Positions 1 through 13,600 of a DNA stretch of 64,000 nucleotides are shown here, one piece after another (position 1 is the first letter of the stretch; every line of letters begins with the position of its first letter). Under the pieces are notes generated by a model. It did no database searches, was not told where the DNA came from, and saw nothing but the letters and a program-made list of their open reading frames with translations. The DNA is taken from positions 110,320-174,319 of the forward strand of contig NMRA01000084.1 of NCBI GenBank assembly GCA_002633005.1, in the 5' to 3' direction. This DNA comes from Phoronis australis (taxonomy: Eukaryota; Animalia; Phoronida). A program made the translations under genes and the position numbers.

Positions 1-2291
1 TGAAGGGAACTAGTTGAGACCAACTTTGTGTCTATAAATTGCAAGTTATTTTTATGCAAGATGGGTTCATATCAACTTGAAATTTATGGTCCACTTTATC
101 AGAAAACTAAATTTTACTGGAGGGGGGTGTCTCGTGGCTGAACGATGAGGGGACAGTGGATAACTGAATTTTATTGAGAGAGGATCCCCTGCCAAAAGTT
201 CCTCCTTGATTATCCCTGCTTTCAATGAGAATGAAAACATTAATGACAAGTAGCGTTTGATCTGATCGTAGAATTTATCGTCTCTGCCCGTGTGTTCTGA
301 ACTTAGAGACGTTGTGTTGTGAGGGAGGCATGAGTTTGTAATAAATTTCAGTTGAGTTTCTATACAGATAACAGAACCATTAGAGAATCCGAACAAACAC
401 TATGTTTGCCACAGGTGTTTACACACCTATCTGAATTGAAGTCTTTATTGTGATGATTAGATTGAGCGTTCTAATGTCTGTTGATTCATTTCTATCTGGC
501 CTATTTATTTAGCTCAAGTGTTTGCATTTTCCTGAAACCAGAGACCCATCTCCAAGGGAGTCGTTTTACTATGATGGTAGCCATTGTATTATTGGGGTTT
601 CTGAAATTAAAAATCTTTTGATGTGCGCAACTTAAGATGGCAAAAATTATATGACAAAGAAGCAGTCACAAGAGCTAGTCACTGTCAGGTGTGGTTAAAT
701 CTCCAACTAAGAAAGTTTAAAGTTTCATCATTTTAGAGTTCACTTAGTTGTCATTATTTAGAGCATAAGGGCCGGGTATAGGTACTTATAGTAAAATCTT
801 AACAATCACTTATTATGAAACAGTCAGTGTAGGAAAAAATGAATACACCTGTTGTTAGGTCTCATTAGTGTGTTAAAGTGCTTGTATCATCTTTTGGCCT
901 GTCTGGGAAAATTGCCTTTAAAGGGATGCGATGGACGTACGCAGAGAATTTGAGTTGTAGAAGAATCTTTTTTAACTTTGTGAATTGTATTTTTTGTATA
1001 TGGTGATTTAGTGGATTGTTTGCGGTGTGCATAGTGCTGATGTTTTTTGGTATCTTCTAAAATATAGATGAATTTGTTGTGGCGAATCAAACTTCAGTAT
1101 TTATGAAGCTATTTAATCTTTTGTGACTGATTCAAAATTAAGTCAGTACAGTGGAACATGTATTTCTTATTTAATCAGAACACCAATTTGCCTTGCACAA
1201 AATTTTTTAATTCAACTGCACACAACAACAGCAAGATGAAAAATGGACCATCGTCCGCATCTCGATACCGTCCTTCCCATTTTCGTCTAGTTCTCATTTT
1301 TGGGCTCATTTTTGGGCTCATTTTTCTTGTACGTACTTTCCATTTTTGCATTTTTCATTCACACGGGCAGTCTAAGCTTCACATTGGATGGTGGAGCCGG
1401 ATTAGTTTGTTTATGATAAATCATACTACCGGTATTTTTGATTTCCCTCATCCGTGAAGTGTTGCAGCAGTTATTAAGAGATTCAAGACAAAGCCATTTT
1501 TCGTCAGGAAGAAAGGGCATTCTCCGATAAAAGATTACTTACACTATTGTTAATAAATCTAGAAGAGCTAGAAAATAAAAGTAATTGTCCAAACTTAGTT
1601 ACAACCATCATTATTGTTTTGGCAAGATGTGACCAAGGGCAGTTGTGGTCATTTCAACTAATTATCAGTAATGTAACAAAATTACACCTTATCTCTGAAA
1701 CTCAATCTTAAATTCTGTGCAATGTGTAGTCAGTTCGCAATGGAAATCATTTTTGATAACTTGTCACCGCAGACGCTAGCCATCACTTTGTGTGGTGAAA
1801 ACTTGGGAGTACGGCTTCATTACATTGATACAAGGGGCATTTCTTTCTCTTCCTAATATACTATTGATTTATCATTTACAAGTATTATTGTAAAGTTTCA
1901 GCTTGGGTAGTGCGCATTACATATTTGCACCAGGGTGACTTCTTGTTGCCTTGTCTCGGTATGAATTAATATAGATTTATAGATCTAATGTTGCGTAGTT
2001 TCCAGTGCTCCCTTCACTGTTCCATTCATGTGTCTCTGAGCCTGGCAGGCCTGAGTTTGGCCAGTGGGATGGAAAGAATTATGAAGTTAAAGATGAAGCT
2101 AAAAATTGTTGCTACCCGCATAAAACGCACCAATCAGATTACATAGAATAAAACAATTAAATCTTCATTATTGTACATCCAGACATTTTTCGACTTTTTG
2201 TTATTTGCCTTGTATCAGACCACCATTTTGCTAATTTTCGTCGTTTTTTGGTAAAAAAATACAGATGCATATTATTCTTGTGCCATTTCAG

Positions 2292-2383
2292 TCCAAGTTC
2301 CGTGGATTTCGGGTGCGAAAGACATTTTTGGAGCGAAAGAAACTGTTGATGAAGCATGAACAGCTGAGGAAGGATGCAGCAAA
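2292..2383 (+). CDS. INVS: Inversin-like protein, internal exon (second half of IQ motif 1 and start of the coiled region)
   Basis: Acceptor tttcag|TCC and donor AA|gtaagt. Translates SKFRGFRVRKTFLERKKLLMKHEQLRKDAA, matching the vertebrate inversin segment YKGYKVRKAFRDRKNLLMKHEQLRKDAA as recalled. 92 nt, ends in phase 2. Confidence 0.93.
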
Positions 2384-2612
2384 GTAAGTGTGAAGGGGTG
2401 TCACAAAACTGTTAAATGTACACGCAGGTCTTAATGCTTCACATTGCTTCTCACCAATGTCTGCCTATTGTGTACTTCACTGAGCCTTTTTTTAAACAAA
2501 CAGTTTATTTCTTTTGCCTGAAATGGGAAGTGTGTTGTAGAAATGGCAGGTGCTGTTTTTGTGTGTGTTTACATTTGTCACGTGGTGTAGTTGTGAATTG
2601 TTTGTTTTGCAG

Positions 2613-2735
2613 AAAACGTGCTGACGAAGAATACAGACGAAAGGAAGACGTACGCAATAAGAACGAGATTGACGAACGGCGACGCGCAGAGCTAGCCACC
2701 ATGGATACAATGCAGCCCCCTCTTGTGTCCAAAAA
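2613..2735 (+). CDS. INVS: Inversin-like protein, internal exon (charged coiled coil)
   Basis: Acceptor ttttgcag| and donor |gtgagt. 123 nt, phase 2-2. Continues the frame as KRADEEYRRKEDVRNKNEIDERRRAELATMDTMQPPLVSK, comparable to KKREEENKRKE of inversin. Confidence 0.9.
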
Positions 2736-2924
2736 GTGAGTGACCATTTGTTTCTCAGTTTCTTAATGCATCGTTTCACAGAATATTTCATCAATTGTTT
2801 TATGGATTAGGTAATGATTTGACAGCTGTTCCGAGGAATTTTTTTTCTCGAGTGTCGTATGCATTTGATAAAAAAATATTCATGTCTTCTGAGCTGCATT
2901 TTACATAAATTTGTTTTGGTTATA

Positions 2925-3366
2925 CCGGGGCTTTCCGCAGATGAGCCCACCCACTGAAACACCCATGGACATTTATTTGGAAAATTATGCCAAATATACG
3001 CCCATGGGCATTTATTTGGTGTTACATCTTGTGGTGTCAAGTGTCCAGACAGTGGGATGTTTATTTGGAAATTTTCATCTTAAAAGCCAACTCAGCGTCA
3101 ACTTTTTGTCATAAAGTCAGTTTTGTGGAGCATTTATCATTTATAAAAGCAAACAAGGCATTGGCAAACTATGCATTTATTAACAAAAACTTTAAGAATA
3201 CAGTTTTAAGTAAAAGAGTGTCAAGTCGAGCAAAACTATGGCTTTCTGTATACATGTCCCATTTTGCGAACAAACGCCGGGCGTTGATTTGGTGTAATTG
3301 TTAAAACGCCTGAAAATCTTCATTTTCCGAATACACACCCATGGGCTTATCTACGGAAATTCCCGG
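2925..3366. mobile_element. Tc1/mariner-pogo-type MITE with TA target duplication
   Basis: TA|CCGGGGCTTTCCGCAGATGAGCCC at the left and GGGCTTATCTACGGAAATTCCCGG|TA at the right form an imperfect 24-bp TIR. Internal repeats of CCCATGG(G/A)CATTTATTTGG. Confidence 0.8.
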
Positions 3367-4111
3367 TAAATGTTTGAGATCAAATACATTGTTGCCTGTT
3401 TAGGTGAATAGCTCTGTAGTAATTTTGGTATGTGTTAGAAAGTTTCATTAAAACAGATTCGTGAAATAGGCCTCTGGTATTGTAAGTTAGCGTTCCCTGG
3501 ATTTACTACTAGCCTTTAGTGAAGCAGTTGTCAGCGATAGATAATGTTGTGTTGCCGTTTCATGATTTTCAGGGATAACTAAGCCACTCTGACGAGACTG
3601 GGATCGAACTAAACTACCGAAAATGTAAATTGATGTTTCTTGTTCTACTTTCATACCTCTGGCTTTACGCGTTGACGAGTTAACTAACGGTGACTGGAAA
3701 CCATCTTGGCTTCTTTTTGCTGAGATACTAATAGAATGATGAAAGTCAGACACAGTTTTCTTATTTTGAATCATAGAAAATGACTTTGTTGTGTTGGGAC
3801 TAGTCGAAAAGTCTTCATAGCCTTTGCCCTGAGTTCTTAAAGAGAATTTTGAGAAATAAACTCGCGTGTAATTCACCTCTTTCACGAACGCGGGGCGCTT
3901 CTGTCGTGTTGATCGAAATCGAGGCGCCTTGACAAACATGGCATCGTCCTGCAAGGTGGTGTGGTCAAAAGACTTATCAATGTTACCAAAAATCAAGTTG
4001 TCTGATGTTGAATCGATCTCCAAAAAACATACCAATACTTACGGCAACTAGACTTTTACCCTCCTCAGCCATTCCTTAGTAGTTTTCCCTCTTTTGAAAA
4101 AGTGTGGAAGT

Positions 4112-5871
4112 CAGGGATATACCCAGGCTTTTAGTCTTGAAAAACCCTGCTCGCCAGCTGGGCGAGTGCCGGAGCCAGAAAATCTACTCGCCAAGCCCGA
4201 AGTTCGGTCACCCGACCGTTGGCGTCAGTCACCACAAACTTGCTGCTAATTTAAATAAAAATTATCGTTTCGTGCACTGATGTCACCATCTATTAGGGCT
4301 ACCGTATTCGCTCTAATAAGCGCCCAGGGGGACTCTTTTTGTAGCCTACGGCAGTTAAAACCTGGTCTCCGAAACGGGTGAAATCGGAAGCTAGGATTCA
4401 TCAAATTTACGCGCTGTGACGTATGTGTAACCTATGACAGACTAGCTACAAAGCTGTGGTGCATTGCTATCAAACTCTGTTGTTAAATTACGATCTTTTT
4501 AAAAAATATGCTTAAATCCCAGGGCGAAAACTTGCCGACTGATGCGTCGCTGCTTCGCGATCGTCGATAGGACAACTTGAATTCTTGAGTAAAAATAGTT
4601 TCGACTCAAATTACCTGAAATCCTCCCAAATAGCCTTTCCTAAGATTCTTAAGTTCCTGTGGACTCGGAGTCGGGATTAACCGCAGATTAAGTCAAAATC
4701 TGCGCTAGATCGCACCCCGCAACGAGAAAAATCTGGACGAACACATATGTTGTTGTCACGTGACGTTTGTATTGAAGTGAATCAGCTGGTGTGCACCGAG
4801 TGAGCGAGCGCGTGCGTGTCATCAGTGTTCATTTGCCAGAGTAGCAGGCCCAATGAGCTGTATAATGTAGTATATTTATCTCATTGAGCAGGCCCACATG
4901 TTATATGTGGGCCCTAGCGCGCGCTTCTTGGCCAAGTTTCGATTCGCGGTTTTTATAATTTTTCGTGTACAAAACAATCTGGATTCCTGTTGTGGGAGAA
5001 GATCTGTACGGGAAAGATACAATACCAATCCCGTTGACCTGAGTACGCTGCGTCTGTTCTGATCAGGGCCAGACCATGTAGTGTGACACTTTCCTCGCAA
5101 GATCAGCAAATCTTTTGCGTTCTTTTTAGTGAAGCACTGCGGAATGGTTTGAAGTGTTCAGCCACGGCTAAATACCGACATAGCGGCGAGGCTCGTGGTC
5201 TACTAGAAATTACGCGCACAATGATTTTTCAGAACTCATTGTCGGATATTATTGATAAATTGAATACATTTACTGTAGAATTTTAGAACTGTGAGGTAAG
5301 ACATTTTTCGCACTGATATATACACATTCATGGACTGGGCGCTTATTTTAGCGAAGTCTGAAAACGAGTGGGGACGCTTATAGGGGCATGGGCGCTTATT
5401 AGGACGAATGTTATAAAAATAATTTTGGCTAAAATGACATTGTACATTACAATAAGAAATCAGTTCCAAGAAATATGGTATTTCATTTGCTATGAGCACA
5501 TGGACCGGTCTTCCACCTTTCTCCCCTTTTCTTCGTTTCGGACTAGTCCACAAATTCTTTGTGCACGACCACACACTGTGTTTTTTTGACGAATCGCGTA
5601 ATGGGTGACATGTACTAAATCGGTAGGGTCGCACTGCGCCGATGTTTTTTACTGCCGGAGCATCGACACGATGACCAAACTGAACCTTAAATTCATGATA
5701 AAAACAGCACAAGGAGGAGGAAAATTATTCATATTCATCTGGGAAAGGATATATAGTGCTTTTGCGCTCTGAAATTCGCTCGCCACCGGGCGACCGGCAA
5801 GTCAACTTCTACTCGCCCAGCACCATTTTTACTCGCATTGGCGACTGGGCGAGTGGCTAAGTATATCCCTG
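4112..5871. mobile_element. hAT-like non-autonomous element containing a nested MITE
   Basis: Perfect 11-bp TIR CAGGGATATAC / GTATATCCCTG. Subterminal CTACTCGCC / GGCGAGTG motifs at both ends. Flanks ggaagt / ggaagg. Confidence 0.8.
4302..5413. mobile_element. pogo/Tigger-like MITE nested in the hAT-like element
   Basis: TA|CCGTATTCGCTCTAATAAGCGCCC at the left, degenerate GGGCGCTTATTAGGACGAATGTTA|TA at the right, with additional GGGCGCTTAT subterminal copies. Confidence 0.75.
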
Positions 5872-7462
5872 GGAAGGATACCGACGAATTATTACTGGAA
5901 TTGGTACGTTCAGGCACTGCACAGTACACCATGGCCAGCTGATGATCACTCATGAGGGTTTATCATTGTGCCTCGTTTTCGATCAGTATTTAAAGATGGC
6001 GCGGGAAGATGGCGCTTTCGTGAAATAGGTGAATAGTAAACAGTGTGAATAAAGCCTGTCTGTAGCATCAGAGTTTAAAAAGTACTGTTCTGTGGTTAAA
6101 CTGTCTTGGGTAAATCCCAGACCAGAAGCGTTCTGAAAGCTTTTTGCTTTGACTAAAGACAATTGAGTGGAAGTGTTCACACTGCTCTCTTCTGTCAAGA
6201 TGGTTTCTCAGTTATCTTCTTTGGCACGAGGTTCTCTCAATAGATGGCACTGCTGCGTATGGTCTCTAGCAACGAGTGACGCATGATTATGGCATAGATC
6301 CACTGCTAACTTATATGGTGTGGGTGCTGTTAAAATGGCTTGTAACAACAGTAGCTTCTCTGCAGACACTGGTACAGGGGCATGAGTGAATTAAGTTCCA
6401 GAATATCAACTGCACACAAGGTGGCACTGTCGCATCATGAACGTTCCAAGAAACTTCTCAATTTCACAAATCAGTTCTGCCATATAGCAGCATATTGCTA
6501 CTGTACTCGTCCTGGTGATTGCTGTGGGCGCTTAAGTTGGGAGCTGAAAAATCGGTGAATGACTGCTGGCATTAAACTAAATATGGGCATTAAAAGAATG
6601 AGAACTTGTGAGAGGGGCATTTATTTGAATGGCCAATCGAATATAAAGAGACTGTGAGTGTTTTTCATGCCTGATTAACGCAAGGTGCCAGTAAAACTCG
6701 TTTTTTTTTTCAAAAGTAAGCGAGTTTCATACAATTTCACCTGGGCACTTTCATTGGAAGTCTCAGTTGTTTAAATTTGAGCACAATGCCGGTCGTGGTC
6801 GTTTAGAACCAAAAGTTTGCAGGTGGAGGTTAAGCCCCGAACATGGCTTTAATTAGGAAGAGTAGTGTGTTATAGAGTGAATATGTGACTTCACGATGAT
6901 CGAATCGCAAATTTAGTTTGTGCACATTTTTTGTGACGTTCACCACCACAAACAACCATGATGTGGGGACATACTCTCTGGACATTCATTCATCCTGGAA
7001 AACTAATGTTAAATTTAATGTTTTGAATCTTTTGGTCAACTGTTGATTTATTACCAACAGAATCCGGAAGAAAAGATTTGTGATTTTTATTTATTGACAC
7101 GATGTCATGGTGATCTCCAAGAATTTAAATTTGTTGTAAAATCTTGTCACTGTTTAACTCTGTCCACATCACACGTTGGCGATCATGAACTTCTGTCCAA
7201 CAAAAACTCAATCGCCGATTTAGAAAACCAGCTGATATTCCATGAAACTGTGCACAAAACAGCTGTGCATTATTACATGGATATCATCTGTGACATAACT
7301 GTGTCTGTATTAGTGACATATTGCATGGTGTGTCTTGGAGCATGAGAGTGGTGTTGAACTTTATTTATGCATTCATGGTATGATAAATCTATCTGCAGCT
7401 TACATACGCTAACTTAGGTTCCAGTAAGTTTGATGTATTCCCTGTGCTAGAATGCCCTCTGT

Positions 7463-7507
7463 TGTCCTTTGTGGAGGCTCTCAACTTGAGAGCCTCCACA
7501 AAGGACA
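7463..7507. repeat. Perfect palindrome with 22-bp arms and a 1-nt spacer
   Basis: TGTCCTTTGTGGAGGCTCTCAA-C-TTGAGAGCCTCCACAAAGGACA, checked base by base. Confidence 0.97.
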
Positions 7508-9821
7508 TCTGAGATTAGGCCTGGCTGCATGCTTGCTTGGTCTACTCGCATTGCTCTAGTAGCTGAAATGAGTCTACCGAAGACTTACCATTTAAACAAG
7601 AAAATTGACAACTTTCAGTGCAAGTCAATGCCCATGTTCCCTAGTGCCCAAGGCCTGGTTTAATTTTCGTTTTCAGCCAGATTTAGAGAAAGTGAAAATT
7701 ACTAGTAATATAGATCACATGCTTTGTTTTCCACTGGTCTTGGAAAATATGGATTTGAAGAACAGCACCGCAAGAGTGGTTGGAAAACTCCACTCCACTC
7801 ATGCAGAACTCATGAATTTGATGTGAGATCTCAATTTTGTGAGTCAAGTTGCAAGTTCATGCAATCAACTATGCTTGGTAACTTTCATGAACAAAAATTA
7901 TTTTTCATCTACTTTTTTGTAATAAATTATATCTTGGAAGACTCATGAAAAAGGAAAGGACATATTAGACAATATGAATTGCCAGCATGACATTAAAAGA
8001 ACACCGTCCATCAGTGTCCCTGGTTTGGGGTTCCCAGCCTTAGTTGAATCAATTAGCTGGGCTAAATACTGTATTTAACTCATTGGTTGAACTCTAGGTT
8101 CAACCAGTTTGACTTCATTATCAATAGATGGCGCCAGAGGGTGAATCCGAGCCATGAGACATGACAAGCCATCATTGTACATGAGGGATTGTGGACATTT
8201 GCTTGTGAAGGTCATTTTTCTTGTTTAACAGCCAGTAGGTTGTCATGCTACTTGTCCGCACCTGCACAAATACTTGAACAGGGCTCACTGTAATCATCTT
8301 TAACATTAACTTACAACTTGAAGACGGCATGTTGTCTGCTAACGTACCTGTTGTCTTTCCGTACGTACATGTCATTTTCATTGTGGCTTTTTAATTACGA
8401 AATGCGCGTTAACATTCTGATATTTATATAGTACTATTCATGAATATTTTGTCCAACGGGTGTTACACGAACCTTATGAGGACGGTTGGGAAGATTGGAT
8501 TCAATGGGGTAGCTAATATATGCTGGGGATCTGTGAGCCCCTTGCCGTCCCCCAGACCTTTGACCACTGCCTCATTGCTGCCCCTGCAACAAATAATTTG
8601 AGAACTTAACCATTGTGGTGATCTTCACATCTAATCAATTTGGTGGATTTCATCTGCGGTGCTGTTTTCTTTTCGCAATTGCATTGTCACGGTTGTCGGC
8701 TTGTAAAAACCCGGTGATGTCACAGATAACTTTTGGACATACGTAACCTGATTCATAACTTGCGATTGAAACATGATGAAATTTGACTTGGTGTCATCAT
8801 AGACTTGCTGACCTATGTATTTATTCGCTGCTTTTTGCGGCTCACTTTCACCCTTTTCATCTTTGCCATGGTGGCTGCTTTGCCATACACTCACCAAAAT
8901 GCATGTTTCACTGAACCCCTGCTTTTAATTTGGGTCCGCACGAGTAACGGATGTTGTTTTCCGCCATATTGTTTACGACTCACCAAAACTGTGATGTCTC
9001 CAAATGTTTATGAACTGACAACCTTCCCATAATGCAATTGAAAATCAACAGCCACGCCCCAGATGAAGTCCCTCAAATTACAGCAAAGTTGCTTAATGTT
9101 TAATGAGGTGTTCTTATTAGAAAACCAGAACTTGTGAGAAAAGTGGAGTTTCAATTCTTAATTAAGGGATAGACATTTTTCTTGTTAAAGGCATTCTCAT
9201 CATGTTATAGTGTACATGATATAGTCCTGTGTTCAAAATTTCAAGACAACGTTTTGTTTTTTGAAATTATTGAATTTTATTGTCTGTAACTAAGGATTTT
9301 TTATTTTTCAAATAATTGTAAGTGTGATTCGACTGTGTTTTTGTCATACATATTTTTAGGAGACTTAACAAAAATCTGTAGTATTCAGTTACTTCATATG
9401 AAATGTAGCAAACATGTGAAATTTCACAAAATAAGAAATTTGACTAGTTTATATATAAATCATATCAACCAACGAGTGAAATATTATCAAATTATGATGA
9501 ACAATAAGATTTTTAGGCACTTTGCCCTAGAAATTAGTCATTTTTTGATGTAATTTTAATTTCTGATCGAAGAAAAGAGCTGCGTTCTTTTGGTAAAAAA
9601 GCTCGAATTTTTATAAACACAGTAAATTATGAAATGAACAAAATAATTAATGAAGTTCTTAATTGCCTTTTACCAAGGAAGTTTTTTACGTCTTTTCTGT
9701 TCGTTAATATGTAGTCTACCTTTCATATTTTTAGCTAAATGTCAAAACCCTATAGTGCCTTAAGTTTTCACTCTCTAACACCGAATCCCCCTTGTAACTG
9801 TTAAAATGCTTTCGTCCTTAG

Positions 9822-9941
9822 AAACAAGAATAATAGACCTACCCTAGTAACCATGGATACCGCTAACTCATCTGGCATCGACTACTACAACATCGGTGTT
9901 GGTACCACCACTGTGCCTGAACAACCCAAACCCAGAAAAAA
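9822..9941 (+). CDS. INVS: Inversin-like protein, probable internal (possibly cassette) exon
   Basis: Acceptor ttcgtccttag| and donor |gtaagt. 120 nt, phase 2-2, open in the required frame: NKNNRPTLVTMDTANSSGIDYYNIGVGTTTVPEQPKPRK. No independent homology support. Confidence 0.75.
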
Positions 9942-10639
9942 GTAAGTTTCTGAAAGGGTGTCTTTAGTTGCTATGTTTGGCTGTGCTTTAACTGCCACCT
10001 GTTGGTCAGGAGAACATTTAGTTCAGGTTCACCACACCATCTATTGTGTGTTTATTGAACTAACATTTTTCTCATAAATTCTTTCAGCTCTTGTCCACCG
10101 TTCACTTACACTGTGTTCTTTTCTGCTTTGTTTTCTTGATGTGTTCTTTTTCCTTCAGGAGTTACCTTATTTTCTAATGGGTTGGTGCTGCTTTCTGAAG
10201 TTCTGATTCACGTTTCCCCGTCACAGACGTATAGCTTAATTAGATTTACGAATAATTGATAATGTTTCAGTGTCTAAACAGCATGTTGTGAGAAATGAAT
10301 GTTCTAATGCATTACAAAACTATTTTGAACCATCTCCAATGTCCAAAATGATTTTGGATGCTTATTCGATTTCCACGCCAGTGAGGGCATTGCTGCAAGC
10401 CTTAAATTTAAGACGCAATATCACAGACAAATGACATTGCTGTTGTCAAAATTTCTCAACCAAAAGAACTTTCCAGGACATTTGGTTTTGATTTTAGCGC
10501 ATTTTGCATAGTGTATTTGTGTCACCAAACTAGATTTGGTGAAATTTTTAGCATTTGTTTGGTCTGAAAAAATAGAATAATAGGTGTTGTAGTAATTGGA
10601 TTTGTCCCCAGAAATATTGAAGAATTTTACTGTAAGTGT

Positions 10640-13600
10640 ACATATATTCCCTATCAGCACGCCTGTGATATGCTTTGAATGTCAGACTGCAACTTATAGA
10701 AGTCTGTAGGAAGCCCCCAGTCAAAATACCTTTGCTCACACAGACATACTGGTGCCCTTTGGGTTCAGACTTGGTCTCTAGACTTTCTAAATCAGCTTTC
10801 AAATGTAATCTGATTATAATTTCATAGCTGTTGCTGTTGAATTGCTGTAATGGCTTTAAATGTTGTGATAGTCATTCTGTGCAACAAGGGAATTCAAGGT
10901 AACAATGGGGCTAAAGTAATACTTGTGAATGGTCTCCCAGAGGGCTATGAATAACAATTGTTTGCACCCCATGTAGGCTATTAAACTTTGGGTTTTGATA
11001 AGGTGGTCTTTATTTAGTCATTTGTGTTTTGGTGGAGTCATATGTGGAGTAGTGGTTGCTAGTGGGTGCTGGGTTCAGATGAAATGTTGGACTACTAGCT
11101 GAAAGGGTGCTGTGATTAGTGACCAGAGAACCTTGTAGAACTTAAACATGGGCAAGCTGACGGCAGCGGAGTAAGACACGGGTGTTGTTGATGTGATTTG
11201 TGTGCGGGTGTGTCACTGTTACTGACAGCACTTTAGGGCCGTATGGGGGGAAACAAGGTATATGAATTCTGACAAAGCCAGGTACGTTAGTCGTAGGTGT
11301 TCTCGTTAGCGACAGGTAGACTTTCACCCAAGTAGGTACTAGGTAGATAGACACTGACACAATTAACCTTCTGTTTGTAGCTCTTTTTTGGATCATTGTT
11401 AACTATTCCTAGACTTACTCAATTTTCCTTAGTATTAGATTTTCAAACACTAAGCTGTGTCTAGAAGAATTTAGCAATGATGTGTGCCTGGAAGTAGTTG
11501 CTGATGACTATTTTTAGTAAACGTCAGTGACACGAAAGTGACAATTTGGGTTACAGGATTGGTTCGGAATTGAAGAACTTAAGCTTATACGTGTAGATCT
11601 TGGGTATTGTGGTCAAAGTATGAGAATGAAGGCTCTAAGTCAAAGACCGTTGTGAGAGCAGGTGTTATCTATAACAGTTGAGACATCATTTGTGTTCATC
11701 CCATTTTACCGTTGTACTCTGTGTACTAACTATATATATAGGGCATCTGGTTTTTAAGTCCAGCTCTGGAAAATTTGATTGTGGGAACTGCAATAAAATC
11801 TCTGCGCCGTGCATGTCGGGTGAAAACATGATGCCAATTTTTTCCGTTTCAAGAGCATGTAACATTGTTATCTATGCCCGCAGTTTTCAAAATGTTGTCT
11901 GAAGATGGGTAATGTACTATACGGTAATGCCAAGGCAACAGCTTTTTTCTGGGTATCAATGTTGATTTTGAAAAGCATTGCGTTGTAACTGTAGACTTGT
12001 TATGTTTAGGGGTTTTTTAACTTTTCAAACCGGAGTTGCGTAATGATAGTGTTAATGACAACAAGTGAATTGGGTTTTCTCTTAAGTGGTGCAACTGAGT
12101 AGGACTCCCCCTATGGACAAGAATGTATAGTTAGCCAAACAACCACAAAACTGTGGAATTTAACTAGGCAAAATTATATGTTTTCTGAAAGTAGAAATTC
12201 TGTAGAATTTGGTTTGACTTATTGCCATTATTTAGGTCATGTGACTTGCTTTTTTACCAAAATTTAGTAAAAAAAGAAAGGTATAGTGAAACAGCTGTAT
12301 CAATAACACCAGCAAGTTTCGTTTGATACAGATGTTCAAGATGAAATCTCAAAAAAATTTGTTACAATTTTCTGTATTATCATTTCGTAGTTGTTTCTTG
12401 CAGCTTACGAGGTTTGTTCATAGAAATCATAGGAGTCTTATTTTTGATAGCCTTTCATGCAAAAATGGACCATTTTAAAAACAATTCCAAACAGTGTTTT
12501 GAAGAAAACTACATATTAAAGCGTAGCACATAAATGTTTCATGCGAATCCGATCAGCTTTTTCTGAGATATGATTTTCCAAAGTTGGGCAAAATTGGACA
12601 TTTTTCTAAGGTCCTTCATAACCTTAACAGATGGCAGTTCATCTGCGTGGAGGTGCCTGTGGGCGATGGGTCCCACCTGAGTATGAATGCGTGCACTTCT
12701 TGAGGTCGAACTAGTACCATCCAACAAATTGTCCAAGTTGCCCATTAAAATAATCTCACCTGTCTAAAGTTTTATCACAAATCCATTGGAACTTGCATCA
12801 ACTTCTGGTGTTTCAAAGATTTGAGTGTACAGTTAAATTTTCCTGAAGGTGACCAAGGCAGCCATGTTGTTGTGCTTTTATCACATTAATCCTCAATTAC
12901 TGACTAGCATTACTACACCAATGTAACAAAGGTTGTCAGGGCTTTAGCCCCTTCCTCACTGTGGGGCTATTCAATAGCAGTGTGTCTCTTGTCAATGAAT
13001 ACTTGATTGTAGCAGTGGCAATGTGCATGATACAAGTAAAATCTACAGAATTTAGTGTTGAACAACAAGATCCATTCATACTGGGGGGAAATATCTGCAA
13101 TAAACCAGGTGAGCTTTGGAATATGGTTCCCACCGTTTGGTATCATGGCTCACTGCCACGGTTTTTAGAACTGTCTTGTTTTAGAACTGAGATTGAATAT
13201 TGGGATTCATCTGGAACCTGTAAATGCAACTGAGAGTGCTTTGAATCCACAGGGGTTTATAACTTGTATAGAGCTATTGATTATTTGCACACTGGGTGTT
13301 TGTTTAAAATGTCATGGTATATTTATCCAGTGTTCAGTACATCTCCCATTAGGCAGTCAATATACCTTGACGTTGGTTGAAATAGATCACAGTGTATTGC
13401 CTGTAATGTACACCAGCTCAGCATTGTTCATTAAACTAGGCATTTTTATATTTCATTGAACATATAGTGCTCCTAGGAATAATCCCTGGCTGTTTGATTT
13501 ATTGTGTTGAGATACAAGAGGATATTAGTCTTCTCATTGGTCAGTGTTTAAGATTTTGCTGTTGCTATGTTTGCCTTGGGATTACAGTGATAATATGAGG

